DNA of 64,000 bases from an uncultured Bacillota bacterium. GTDB lineage: Bacteria; Bacillota_I; Bacilli_A; RFN20; CAG-288. A model generated the notes under the pieces. That model was not told where the DNA came from, made no database searches, and saw nothing but the letters and a program-made list of their open reading frames with translations. Within the stretch, counting starts at the first letter, position 1. Every line of letters begins with the position of its first letter. The position numbers and the translations under genes are program-made. The stretch lies in the NCBI GenBank assembly GCA_949290645.1, contig CASESG010000004.1, forward strand, positions 74,821 through 138,820. The letters run 5' to 3'. Of the stretch, positions 1 through 8,311 are shown in pieces.

Positions 1-1
1 G

Positions 2-1033
2 CTCCATCCATGGCCATTGATCATCGATGAGATTCAATATGTACCGGTTCTTTTTAATGTCATCGAATCCATCGTAAACAAAGAAAAATTGGAAAAGGGT
101 TTCAATTACGGAATGTATGTCTTGACCGGTTCGCAGATCTATGAACTGATGCATGGTGTCAGCGAATCTTTAGCCGGACGAGTGGCCATTGTTCGAATGT
201 CCCCTCTCAGCATGAGAGAAATTCAAAACAAAGAAGAAGAAGCTTTTTCCTTCGACCCTATCAAGTTGGCGAAGCGAAGTACGGATTTCATTTTGCCTGT
301 TCGTGATTTGTTCAAAAGGATTGTTCGTGGAATGTTTCCAGAACTGTGGGATAACAAGAAGATGGGCACCGCTTTCTTTTATTCCAACTATGTCAGTGCC
401 TACATTGAGCGTGATGTCTCTCAAATCATCCATCTAAAGGATAAGCTAAGATTTCAGAATTTTCTCGAAGTACTTGCCTCATTGACCGGAGAAGAACTCG
501 TGTACGACAAGCTAGCCAACGCAATCGGGGTAAGTATCGAGACCATCAAATCATGGATCAGCGTTCTGCTTGCTGGTGACATCATCTCACTCCTAGAGCC
601 TTACAATGACGTTTCGCTTGTCAAACGAGTCGTAAAAAGACCTAAGATCTATTTCAACGATACCGGACTCGCTTGCTATCTCGCTCGATTGAACAACGAA
701 GAAATCTTGATGAATTCTATTTTCAAAGGAAGATTTGTCGAAACCTATATTGTCAACGAACTTCGGAAATCATTCCGAAATAGTGGAAATAACGGAAAAA
801 TGTACTATTACCGCGACAATAACAAAAACGAAATCGATGTCGTCATCATTGACGGCGGATTGATGCACTTCATCGAATGCAAATCCGGAATCCAATACAC
901 AAAGAAAGACGTCAAATCCTTTCACCATCTTTCCTCCTCCTATCCAATCGGAAATTCCTTCATCATCTGCAACACTCCATCCATCTACAAAATCGAAGAC
1001 TGCGTTTATGCTGTTCCAATGACATCGATTTGA
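2..1033 (+). CDS. AAA+ ATPase with DUF4143-type C-terminal domain; 5' end lies outside the window
   Basis: The frame is open from the window edge (..PLIIDEIQ, a Walker-B-like box). The listed ORF 17..1033 is only the M-initiated part. The C-terminal FIECKSG-type segment and overall layout parallel the complete paralogue at 1193..2422. Confidence 0.75.
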   Translation, partial: LHPWPLIIDEIQYVPVLFNVIESIVNKEKLEKGFNYGMYVLTGSQIYELMHGVSESLAGRVAIVRMSPLSMREIQNKEEEAFSFDPIKLAKRSTDFILPVRDLFKRIVRGMFPELWDNKKMGTAFFYSNYVSAYIERDVSQIIHLKDKLRFQNFLEVLASLTGEELVYDKLANAIGVSIETIKSWISVLLAGDIISLLEPYNDVSLVKRVVKRPKIYFNDTGLACYLARLNNEEILMNSIFKGRFVETYIVNELRKSFRNSGNNGKMYYYRDNNKNEIDVVIIDGGLMHFIECKSGIQYTKKDVKSFHHLSSSYPIGNSFIICNTPSIYKIEDCVYAVPMTSI

Positions 1034-1090
1034 TTCCGACAATGCAAATCAAGCCAAAGACAGCTTTCTTTTTTAGGAACGATGTGCCGA

Positions 1091-1137
1091 GTTAAGGGGA
1101 AATATTTTGCAAAAATAAAAAAACTTTTCCCCTTAAC
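1091..1137 (+). terminator. Hairpin after the first ATPase gene (12-bp perfect stem)
   Basis: GTTAAGGGGAAA (1091-1102) pairs with TTTCCCCTTAAC (1126-1137). The loop is long (23 nt) and AT-rich, and the hairpin is followed by TTATCTTTT. The long loop makes it atypical for an intrinsic terminator. Confidence 0.45.
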
Positions 1138-1160
1138 TTATCTTTTGGAAAAGTATCCGC

Positions 1161-1183
1161 TATAATCAGAGCATAAAGGAGGA
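1161..1183 (+). promoter_or_regulatory. Candidate -10 box and RBS for the second ATPase gene
   Basis: Consensus TATAAT at 1161-1166; AAGGAGGA at 1176-1183, 9 nt before ATG 1193. No good -35 seen. Confidence 0.45.
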
Positions 1184-1192
1184 GACTTTCTG

Positions 1193-2422
1193 ATGAACTT
1201 GTTCTTCCGCGAAAAATACCTCAAGAAGATGCGTGGCTTTTATCAGGATACCGATATCATCAAGGTCATCACCGGAGTCCGTCGCTCGGGAAAGTCATGT
1301 CTCATGAAAATGGCGAAAGAAGAATTGCTCCGATCGGGAGTCCCTTCCGAAAACATTCTTTCCATCGATTTGGACAGCAAAGCCTATTGGAAAATCAAAA
1401 CAGCAAATCAATTGGAGGAACTGATTGATTCTCTGAAAAGAAACGACAGAACGAACTATCTCTTCATCGATGAGGTCCAAAACGTGAAAGGCTTTGAAGA
1501 AGTCATAAACGCCTATCGCACCAGCGGAAACTATTCCATCTTCATCACCGGTTCCAATTCTTATCTCCTCAGCGGTGAGTTGGCGACGAAACTCACTGGT
1601 CGATATGTGAGCTTTGATATTTTTCCACTGAGTTTCGACGAATACCTGGACATGAAAGCTTTCCTTGGAAAGGAAGTAGACAGCAATTTGCTCATCGAAC
1701 TCAATCATTATCTCCAGGAAGGCGGATTTCCAAAGACACTGGAATACGAAGATTTTGCCGACAAACGAACCTATGTTCAATCGGTCATCAACGAGATCTT
1801 CGAAAAAGACATCAAAAGACGCGTGAAAATCCGAAATGTCGAAACCTTCAACAACATTCGCAATTTCGTCATCAACAACTTCGGAGCAACAATGAGCATC
1901 AAGAGTATGCAAGAAGCCCTGTCCAGAAATGGAATCACGATCAAGCACACAACTTTGGCAAGATACATCGATACTCTTGTCCAAAGCAAAATCCTTTATC
2001 CTTGCGACCGGTTCGATTTGAAATCAAGGCGGGCACTCAGCGGAGAAAAGAAATATTATCTTTCCGATCTCTCTTTCTACTTCGCAACCAACACCGATAA
2101 CCGCATCAATTACGGACCTGCTCTCGAAAACACCGTCTATGTCTATGCGAAGAGCCTTGACTATTCGGTAAGAATCGGAAGAATCGGCAAATTGGAATGC
2201 GATTTCATCCTTAGGGACAAGAAACTCCAGTACTCCTATGTTCAGGTCGCCTATACCATCAATGAAAGCAAGGCCACGGAAGATCGGGAATATGCACCTT
2301 TGGAGCACATCCAAGACAACTATCCAAAATATGTTCTCACCACGGATTATTTGCTCCAGTCAAAAGGTGGAATCAAGCACCTGAATTTGATGCAATTCAT
2401 AAAAGATCATTCAAGTTTTTAA
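1193..2422 (+). CDS. AAA+ ATPase (AAA_14-like N-domain plus DUF4143 C-domain)
   Basis: 409-aa ORF with strong RBS. Walker A GVRRSGKS and Walker B LFIDEVQ. Length and C-terminal layout are typical of the DUF4143 ATPase family (recognised from memory). Confidence 0.8.
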   Translation: MNLFFREKYLKKMRGFYQDTDIIKVITGVRRSGKSCLMKMAKEELLRSGVPSENILSIDLDSKAYWKIKTANQLEELIDSLKRNDRTNYLFIDEVQNVKGFEEVINAYRTSGNYSIFITGSNSYLLSGELATKLTGRYVSFDIFPLSFDEYLDMKAFLGKEVDSNLLIELNHYLQEGGFPKTLEYEDFADKRTYVQSVINEIFEKDIKRRVKIRNVETFNNIRNFVINNFGATMSIKSMQEALSRNGITIKHTTLARYIDTLVQSKILYPCDRFDLKSRRALSGEKKYYLSDLSFYFATNTDNRINYGPALENTVYVYAKSLDYSVRIGRIGKLECDFILRDKKLQYSYVQVAYTINESKATEDREYAPLEHIQDNYPKYVLTTDYLLQSKGGIKHLNLMQFIKDHSSF

Positions 2423-2586
2423 TATCAAACAAAATAATAATATTTGATATGTCACTTCAGTTTTGACCCCAAACGACATCCTCTTCAGTTCCCTGTTTCT
2501 GTGTTTTTGACAATATGCGCAATCCATCATCGAACGGAATTGAAATCATGCAGGTGAAAAGAAAGGCAAGGAAAAGCCCAGGCAAA

Positions 2587-2614
2587 CGAAAAGGGCTGTC
2601 TTTTCAGGCAGCCC
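2587..2614 (-). terminator. Intrinsic terminator of the ABC importer operon
   Basis: Minus strand reads GGGCTGCC-TGAAAA-GACAGCCC (7/8 bp) followed by TTTTCGTTTG, 16 nt after the SBP stop. Confidence 0.5.
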
Positions 2615-2629
2615 AGAGATTCGTGTCGC

Positions 2630-4195
2630 TTAGGCGATGGCCTTGAGATAGGCGCTCTGGAAGGCTTCGTTGACGAGAGTCTCGATCGCGTCATCGGTGG
2701 TGGCAACTGTGTTGAAGATGGTGTTGACCATGCCTCCGACCGCCGAACGGGTCGCCGCGGACTTGTCGTTGATGGTCGCGATGAAGTAGTCGTCCTGGGC
2801 GATGTATTCCTGGTTGATCTCGTAGCTTCTGCCCTTGTAGTGATCCGTCTTGGCAGTGAGGTCGGCAGCGCTGTTGGACTTGTCGGTGATCTCGCTGTCC
2901 GCGGCTTCGATGATGGTCTTGAGCTCGTCGGTCTCGCTGGAGGATTCACGGACCGGGAAGTAGCCAGTGGTCTTGGAGAGCCCGGCGCCGTTCTCCGTGT
3001 TGGTCAGGAAGGTGTAGAACTCGAAGGTGGCCTTGTTGACCTCCTCATCCCCGCCCTCGAAGAGGCAGAGGGAAGGACCCTGGGAGATGGCATAATGCTC
3101 GCCGTTTGCGGAGACGGAGGAGGAGAAGGTGACATCCTTCATGTCCTTTCCGCCCATGGTCGGGGTCTGATAGACGCCGACACGGTAGCCATCGACACCT
3201 AGGTACATTCCGGAAGTCGTGGAGGAGATGAGGATAAAGACCTTTCCGTAGTTGACCATCGAGGTGGAGTATTCATGCCAGCCCTCCTCGGCGTTGGTGA
3301 TCGGAAGCTGGTCGGCGGTTGCGATCAGGCCTTCGTTGTTCCACTTCTTGAGCTGGATCATCATCTTCTTGGCATCGTCGTTGTTGAAGAGGACTTTCGC
3401 TTCGTCGGTATAGGGGATGCCCATCATCTTGGAGAAGGTGATGAACATGTTGTCGCCCGAATCATAGCAGATCGGAACGGCCGTGAGCATGTTGTCGGAA
3501 TCTCTCTGGTTGGCGAAGACCTCAGGGAAGTCCGACTTCATCTGACGGGCCAAGGCAATCATGTCGGTGTAGTTGGTCGGAACTTCGTATTTGACCTTGC
3601 TGGCCGCCGCCCTGGGAGCCGTGTACTTCTCCTGGTCTCCCATGACCGCGGGATCGCTATCGTTTCCGCACAGGCCTTCTCCGACCTTGTCGAAGACGGT
3701 CTGGTTGAGGAACATCGCTTCGGAGGAACGGGAATACGGAAGGGTCAGAAGAGTTCCGTTTCCATAGCCGGACTTCTCGGCATTGATGGAAGCCTTGATG
3801 TCCTCATAGGTGTCGCCGAAGCCGACTTCCTCATCCTCGAAATATTCTTCCGGATGGAGGACAGCGCCTTCGGTCTTGTTCCAGATGACGGCATTGTCGG
3901 GATAGACGCTGGCGATGTTGGGAAGGTTTCTTCCGCCGGCCGAAAGGGCATCGGTGACATCGCCGGCGATTTCGCCGTAGCTGTTATGGTTCTCCTGGAC
4001 GACTTCGATATCGGGATGTTCCTTCTCAAAGGCTGCGATGACGGACTCGACATAGTCATAGCGTTGGGTCGCAGAAGACTCCCCCGTCTGCGCATAGTCG
4101 TTCCACCAGGTGATGCGGGTCTTCTCTTTCGAGCACCCGGAGAGGAACGCACCGACGCTCAGGAAGGCAAGGAGGGAACAAAGACTTTTCTTCAT
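2630..4195 (-). CDS. ABC transporter extracellular solute-binding lipoprotein (carbohydrate type)
   Basis: Start moved to ATG 4195 (MKKSLCSLLAFLSVGAFLSGC lipobox, AGGAG RBS). Large SBP-like protein placed last in an operon with two MalFG-type permeases and a MalK-type ATPase. Confidence 0.85.
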   Translation of the reverse strand: MKKSLCSLLAFLSVGAFLSGCSKEKTRITWWNDYAQTGESSATQRYDYVESVIAAFEKEHPDIEVVQENHNSYGEIAGDVTDALSAGGRNLPNIASVYPDNAVIWNKTEGAVLHPEEYFEDEEVGFGDTYEDIKASINAEKSGYGNGTLLTLPYSRSSEAMFLNQTVFDKVGEGLCGNDSDPAVMGDQEKYTAPRAAASKVKYEVPTNYTDMIALARQMKSDFPEVFANQRDSDNMLTAVPICYDSGDNMFITFSKMMGIPYTDEAKVLFNNDDAKKMMIQLKKWNNEGLIATADQLPITNAEEGWHEYSTSMVNYGKVFILISSTTSGMYLGVDGYRVGVYQTPTMGGKDMKDVTFSSSVSANGEHYAISQGPSLCLFEGGDEEVNKATFEFYTFLTNTENGAGLSKTTGYFPVRESSSETDELKTIIEAADSEITDKSNSAADLTAKTDHYKGRSYEINQEYIAQDDYFIATINDKSAATRSAVGGMVNTIFNTVATTDDAIETLVNEAFQSAYLKAIA

Positions 4196-4243
4196 TTCGG
4201 TTTTCTCCTTTTCGTTCGCCAGTCGTGCTGGCGACAAATAAGT

Positions 4244-5212
4244 TTACCCCTTAATTCCGGCTCGGGCAATACCGCGCATGATGTACTTTCGAAAGAAAAT
4301 GAAAAGAATGAGTAAAGGTACGGTGGTCAGGACCGTGGCCGCCATCTGCCAAGTATACATCGGACGCCATTGGTCAAGACGGTCCAGATAGCGGAAGGCC
4401 GTTCCTCTGAGAGCGACCGAGAGGACCGAGAACTCCGGATTGTTGCTCAAGATGATCGTCCTAGGCCAGACATAGGAGTTCCAGGATTCGATGAACTGGA
4501 GGATGAAGATAGTGATCAAGGTCGGCATGGCCAGGGGGACCATGACCTTCCAGAGGTATTGCCAATCGCTCTTCCCGTCGACCTTGGCGGCGAGGTAGAG
4601 CTCGTTTGGGATCTGCTTGAAGTTCTGTCTCAGAAGATAGATGTAGAAGACATTGCAGAGGAAGGGAAGGATCAAGGTCAGATAGACCTGGAACTGGTTC
4701 TGGTCGGCATAGGCGAGGTCGAGGTTGCTCATCGTGATGTAGTTGGTGATGACCATCATCTCGCCCGGGATCATCATCGTCGCAAGGAAGATGGTGAAGA
4801 GGATCTCCCTTCCCTTGAACTCCAACTTGCTAAAGGCGAAGGCGGACAAGATCGTGATCACCAGACTTCCGCAGGTCGTTCCCAAGCCGACCACAATGGT
4901 GTTGAGGACAAGGCGGAAGTAGGGAAATCCTTCGTTGGTGACCGTGTGGGAATAGTTGAAGGCGATGTTCTCCAGGATGTTTCCGTCCGTCGGGAAGAAG
5001 CCACCCGTGGTGAGCTGGCTCTCCGTCATGAAGGAAGCGGCGATCATGTAGTAGAAAGGAAAGATCACGATGAAGGCGAAAAAAGAAAGGAAGAGATAGA
5101 TTACGATCAAGGAGAGGACATGAAGGATGCGGTCTCTCTTCTCCGTCTTCTTGATATCTCCCTTGCGATGAGGAATGATCAAAGTCAGGTGTGTCTGAAT
5201 GTCCTTTTCCAT
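4244..5212 (-). CDS. ABC sugar transporter permease (MalG-like)
   Basis: Start moved to ATG 5212 (MEKDIQ..), 2 nt after the upstream permease stop. Multi-TM protein with an EAA-like loop (LYLAAKVDGKSDWQYLWKVMVP). Confidence 0.85.
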   Translation of the reverse strand: MEKDIQTHLTLIIPHRKGDIKKTEKRDRILHVLSLIVIYLFLSFFAFIVIFPFYYMIAASFMTESQLTTGGFFPTDGNILENIAFNYSHTVTNEGFPYFRLVLNTIVVGLGTTCGSLVITILSAFAFSKLEFKGREILFTIFLATMMIPGEMMVITNYITMSNLDLAYADQNQFQVYLTLILPFLCNVFYIYLLRQNFKQIPNELYLAAKVDGKSDWQYLWKVMVPLAMPTLITIFILQFIESWNSYVWPRTIILSNNPEFSVLSVALRGTAFRYLDRLDQWRPMYTWQMAATVLTTVPLLILFIFFRKYIMRGIARAGIKG

Positions 5213-5214
5213 AA

Positions 5215-6150
5215 TCAATAGTGAACCCTCTTCTTGCTGACCTGCATCTGGATCAGGGTGAATATCAGGATGATGACAAAGAGAATGACCGAGCCGGCCG
5301 CCGCATAGTCCAGATGGCGGACGGCGCTGTCGCTCTGAATCTGGTCGTAGATGTAATAGACGACCGTGTAGAGGTCGCTGAGATTGCCATCGGAGGTATA
5401 GGAGCGGTTGAAAAGACCGATGATCGCATTGTACTCCTTGAAGCCGGAGATGAAGGAAGTGACCGAGACATAGAGGATCTGCGGAGAGATCATCGGAAAG
5501 ACGATCTTCAGGTCCGTCTTCCATCTCGGGGAGGAGTCGATCCGGGCCGCATCATAGTATTGCTTGTCGATGTTCTGAAGGGCGGAGGCGAAGATCAGGA
5601 TCTTGAAAGGAAGGGCCGTCCAGATCACATAGAGACAGATCAGGAACATGCTTCTTCCCCAGGTCGTCTGTCCCACCTCCAACCAGTGGAACTCGTCCAG
5701 GCCGAAGATCGAATTGAAAAGACCGGTGCTGGAGAAGATCTGGGCAAAGACCATGCCGACCGCGATCGTATTGGTGACGTAGGGAAGGAAGAAGATCGTC
5801 TGGAAGAAGCTCCGGACCTTCTTGATACGGTTGAGACCGACCGCGATCATCAAAGAGAGGAAGACCGAGATCGGAACCGTGACGAAAGTGATCAGCAAGG
5901 TGTTAGGCAGGGCATAGCGGATGAATTCCGTCATCCTCGTCTGATCCTCTCCCGGAACCAGGGGAGTCAAGCCGAGAACGATTCCATAGTTCTCGAAAGT
6001 GAATCCCTGGTTGGCACCGCTGGAGTAGTTGTAGTCCTTCATGAAAGAGATGATGAAAGTGTTGATGATGGGAAAGAGCGTGAAGAGCGTGATCAGGATG
6101 AGAGCCGGCGAAAGATAGAGCCAGCCCTTCCAGTTCGATTTGCGTTCCAT
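5215..6150 (-). CDS. ABC sugar transporter permease (MalF-like)
   Basis: 311-aa polytopic protein with an EAA-type loop (YYDAARIDSSPRWKTDLKIVFP). Its start overlaps the ATPase stop (TGATG). Confidence 0.85.
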   Translation of the reverse strand: MERKSNWKGWLYLSPALILITLFTLFPIINTFIISFMKDYNYSSGANQGFTFENYGIVLGLTPLVPGEDQTRMTEFIRYALPNTLLITFVTVPISVFLSLMIAVGLNRIKKVRSFFQTIFFLPYVTNTIAVGMVFAQIFSSTGLFNSIFGLDEFHWLEVGQTTWGRSMFLICLYVIWTALPFKILIFASALQNIDKQYYDAARIDSSPRWKTDLKIVFPMISPQILYVSVTSFISGFKEYNAIIGLFNRSYTSDGNLSDLYTVVYYIYDQIQSDSAVRHLDYAAAGSVILFVIILIFTLIQMQVSKKRVHY

Positions 6151-7919
6151 CAGAGGCGAATCCTTTCTTCGCTCTTCTCCGCAAAGAGATAGACCTTGGA
6201 AGGACGGATCGAGAAAGTGACCGGGCCGAGAGAGATCCTCGCCTCTGAATCCACCGTCACGACCAGCCTCTCCCCTTCGAAAGCTGGATGCGCTCCGATC
6301 AAATCGACATCCTTGCCCTTTGTCTGAACCTCCTGGACATCCAGGACAAAGCCTCCCTCCGCGGAAGGGACAAAGCCTTCCGGACGAATGCCGACATGAA
6401 CCGTCTGGTCAGGGACGTTCGGGCAGTCCAGGACCTTGCATCCTTGGACATAGCAACCGCCATCCTTGATATATCCGTGGAAGACGTTGATGGGAGGATT
6501 ACCAAGGAATTTCGCAACGAACAGATCATTTGGATCACGGTAGACATCCTGGGGCTTTCCGACTTGTCGGCACTTCCCGTCCTTCATGACAACGATTTCG
6601 TCGCAGATGGACATCGCCTCGTCCTGGTCGTGCGTGACAAAGACGGTCGTGATTTTCGTCTCCTTCTGGATGCGACGGATTTCCGCCCTGGTCTGGAGAC
6701 GAAGGCGGGCATCGAGGTTGGAGAGAGGTTCGTCCAGAAGAAGGACCTTCGGCTTCTTGACCAAGGCGCGGGCGATGGCCACTCTCTGCTGCTGTCCGCC
6801 GGAGAGCTGTCCCGGCTTGCGGTCGAGATAGCCTTCGATCTGAACAAGGCGGGCGACATCCCGGACAAGATAGTCAATCTCGTCCTTGGTCAGCTTCCGT
6901 GTCGTCATCAAGGGCTTTTCCTTCTTCTCTTTCGAAAGGACACCGTCTTTATCTACTGTGATTCCGGAAGCTTCCAGCCTTTCCTTCCGTTCTTCATAAA
7001 GCTTCGTGAGGTGATTCTTCTTCTCCTCGACCCTGTCTTCCATGGTCTCATCAAGATAAGGCAATCGGCAAAGAGAATTGGCAATAGAAAGGGAGCAGGG
7101 AAGTTCCTTCGAGAGTCTCTCGATGGCCTCTTCCTTTTGAACCTTCTCTCCCTTTGAGCATTCGGAAAGGATTCTTCGAATCTGATCCTTCTTCTCCATG
7201 GCTTTGATCTCTTCGGCAAGAGAGGAAAGCTTCTGGATTTTTCTTTGGGTATTGATGTCCGAAAGAATATTCAAGTCGGAATCGAAAGAGATTCCCTTCT
7301 TTTCCAGTTTCTTCCTCCGTTCCTCAAAGAGCCGCTGGATTTTCTTTCTCTTCTCTTCGATTTCTTCTTCTTTCGTCTCGTCGAGATAAGGCATGCGGAA
7401 CAAGGCCTTGGCGACCGAAAGGGAGCAGGGGAGTTTCTTCGTCAGGCCGGTGATCACCGCCTCCTTGTGGATCTTCTTTTCGTCTTGACAGCTGAGAAGA
7501 ATCGCCTTGATCTGCTCCTTCTTTTCCATGGCCTCGAGCCATTCGGAAAGGAAGGAAAGCCTTCGGTCCTTCCTCTCGGTATAGACCTTCATGTTCGTCA
7601 AAGGGAAGGAGATGTTCTTATAGACGGTCATGTGCGGATAGAGGGCATAGTTCTGGAAGACAAGGCCAATCCCTCTCTTCTCCGTCTCGAGGTCCGTGAC
7701 CTCTTCCTCATCGAACCAGATCTCGCCACGGGTCGGATCGGTCAGGCCAGAAATCATATAGAGAGTCGTCGACTTGCCACATCCCGAAGGGCCAAGAAGA
7801 CCGATCAGTTCCCCATCGTGAACCGTGATCGACAAAGAATCGACCGCATGGGTCTCCGGAATCCCCTTCTTCTCGTCTCCCGGATACGTCTTCGTCAAGT
7901 CGACAAGCTTGATTTGCAT
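6150..7919 (-). CDS. ABC transporter ATP-binding protein, MalK/UgpC/MsmX type, with a ~228-aa insertion in the helical subdomain
   Basis: Start moved to ATG 7919 (MQIKLVDLTK, GGAGG RBS). Walker A GPSGCGKST, Q-loop FQNYALYPH, signature LSGGQQQRV, Walker B LLLDEPLS, H-loop VTHD, and a MalK-like C-terminal regulatory domain. Confidence 0.9.
   Translation of the reverse strand: MQIKLVDLTKTYPGDEKKGIPETHAVDSLSITVHDGELIGLLGPSGCGKSTTLYMISGLTDPTRGEIWFDEEEVTDLETEKRGIGLVFQNYALYPHMTVYKNISFPLTNMKVYTERKDRRLSFLSEWLEAMEKKEQIKAILLSCQDEKKIHKEAVITGLTKKLPCSLSVAKALFRMPYLDETKEEEIEEKRKKIQRLFEERRKKLEKKGISFDSDLNILSDINTQRKIQKLSSLAEEIKAMEKKDQIRRILSECSKGEKVQKEEAIERLSKELPCSLSIANSLCRLPYLDETMEDRVEEKKNHLTKLYEERKERLEASGITVDKDGVLSKEKKEKPLMTTRKLTKDEIDYLVRDVARLVQIEGYLDRKPGQLSGGQQQRVAIARALVKKPKVLLLDEPLSNLDARLRLQTRAEIRRIQKETKITTVFVTHDQDEAMSICDEIVVMKDGKCRQVGKPQDVYRDPNDLFVAKFLGNPPINVFHGYIKDGGCYVQGCKVLDCPNVPDQTVHVGIRPEGFVPSAEGGFVLDVQEVQTKGKDVDLIGAHPAFEGERLVVTVDSEARISLGPVTFSIRPSKVYLFAEKSEERIRL
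6906..7565 (-). repeat. In-frame tandem duplication (2 x ~330 nt / 110 aa) forming the ATPase insertion
   Basis: Residues ~119-228 and ~229-338 align. Examples: MEKKEQIKAILLSC / MEKKDQIRRILSEC; LPCSLSVAKALFRMPYLDET / LPCSLSIANSLCRLPYLDET. The nucleotide similarity is visible at a 330-nt offset. Confidence 0.8.
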
Positions 7920-8311
7920 ATTCAATCCTCCCCGGAAGGACAGAGATATTATATCGTATTTCCCTCCTCTCTCCGCATTTCGGAAGAGGATTATTCCACG
8001 GGGAGAAAAAATCTTTCTCCCTTTTTTGACCCCATCTTCCCAAGGAGGAAAAGCAGTCCGGAATCCCTGCCCCATCGTGGCATCCTTTTTGCTTCGGAAA
8101 GGGGCTCTCCGAATTGCGGGATTGGATTGATTGACAACTTAACAACTTTGACAAATAAACGGATTTTTTCTTGTTTTTCGATTTTGCATTTTCTCAAAAT
8201 TCCCGATGTCTTCGAAATGGTAGCGATTACATTTTTATGTTGACAGTCTTCCTTTGTTGTGGCATCCTACTCGAAGACAGCCCCTCAGACGGGCTAGAAA
8301 GGACACAAAAG

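Noticed and set aside
2527-2949. 140-aa P/S/T/R-rich ORF overlapping the 3' end of the SBP gene
   Set aside because: Alternative frame of the SBP coding sequence. The composition is typical of out-of-frame translation of GC-rich codons.
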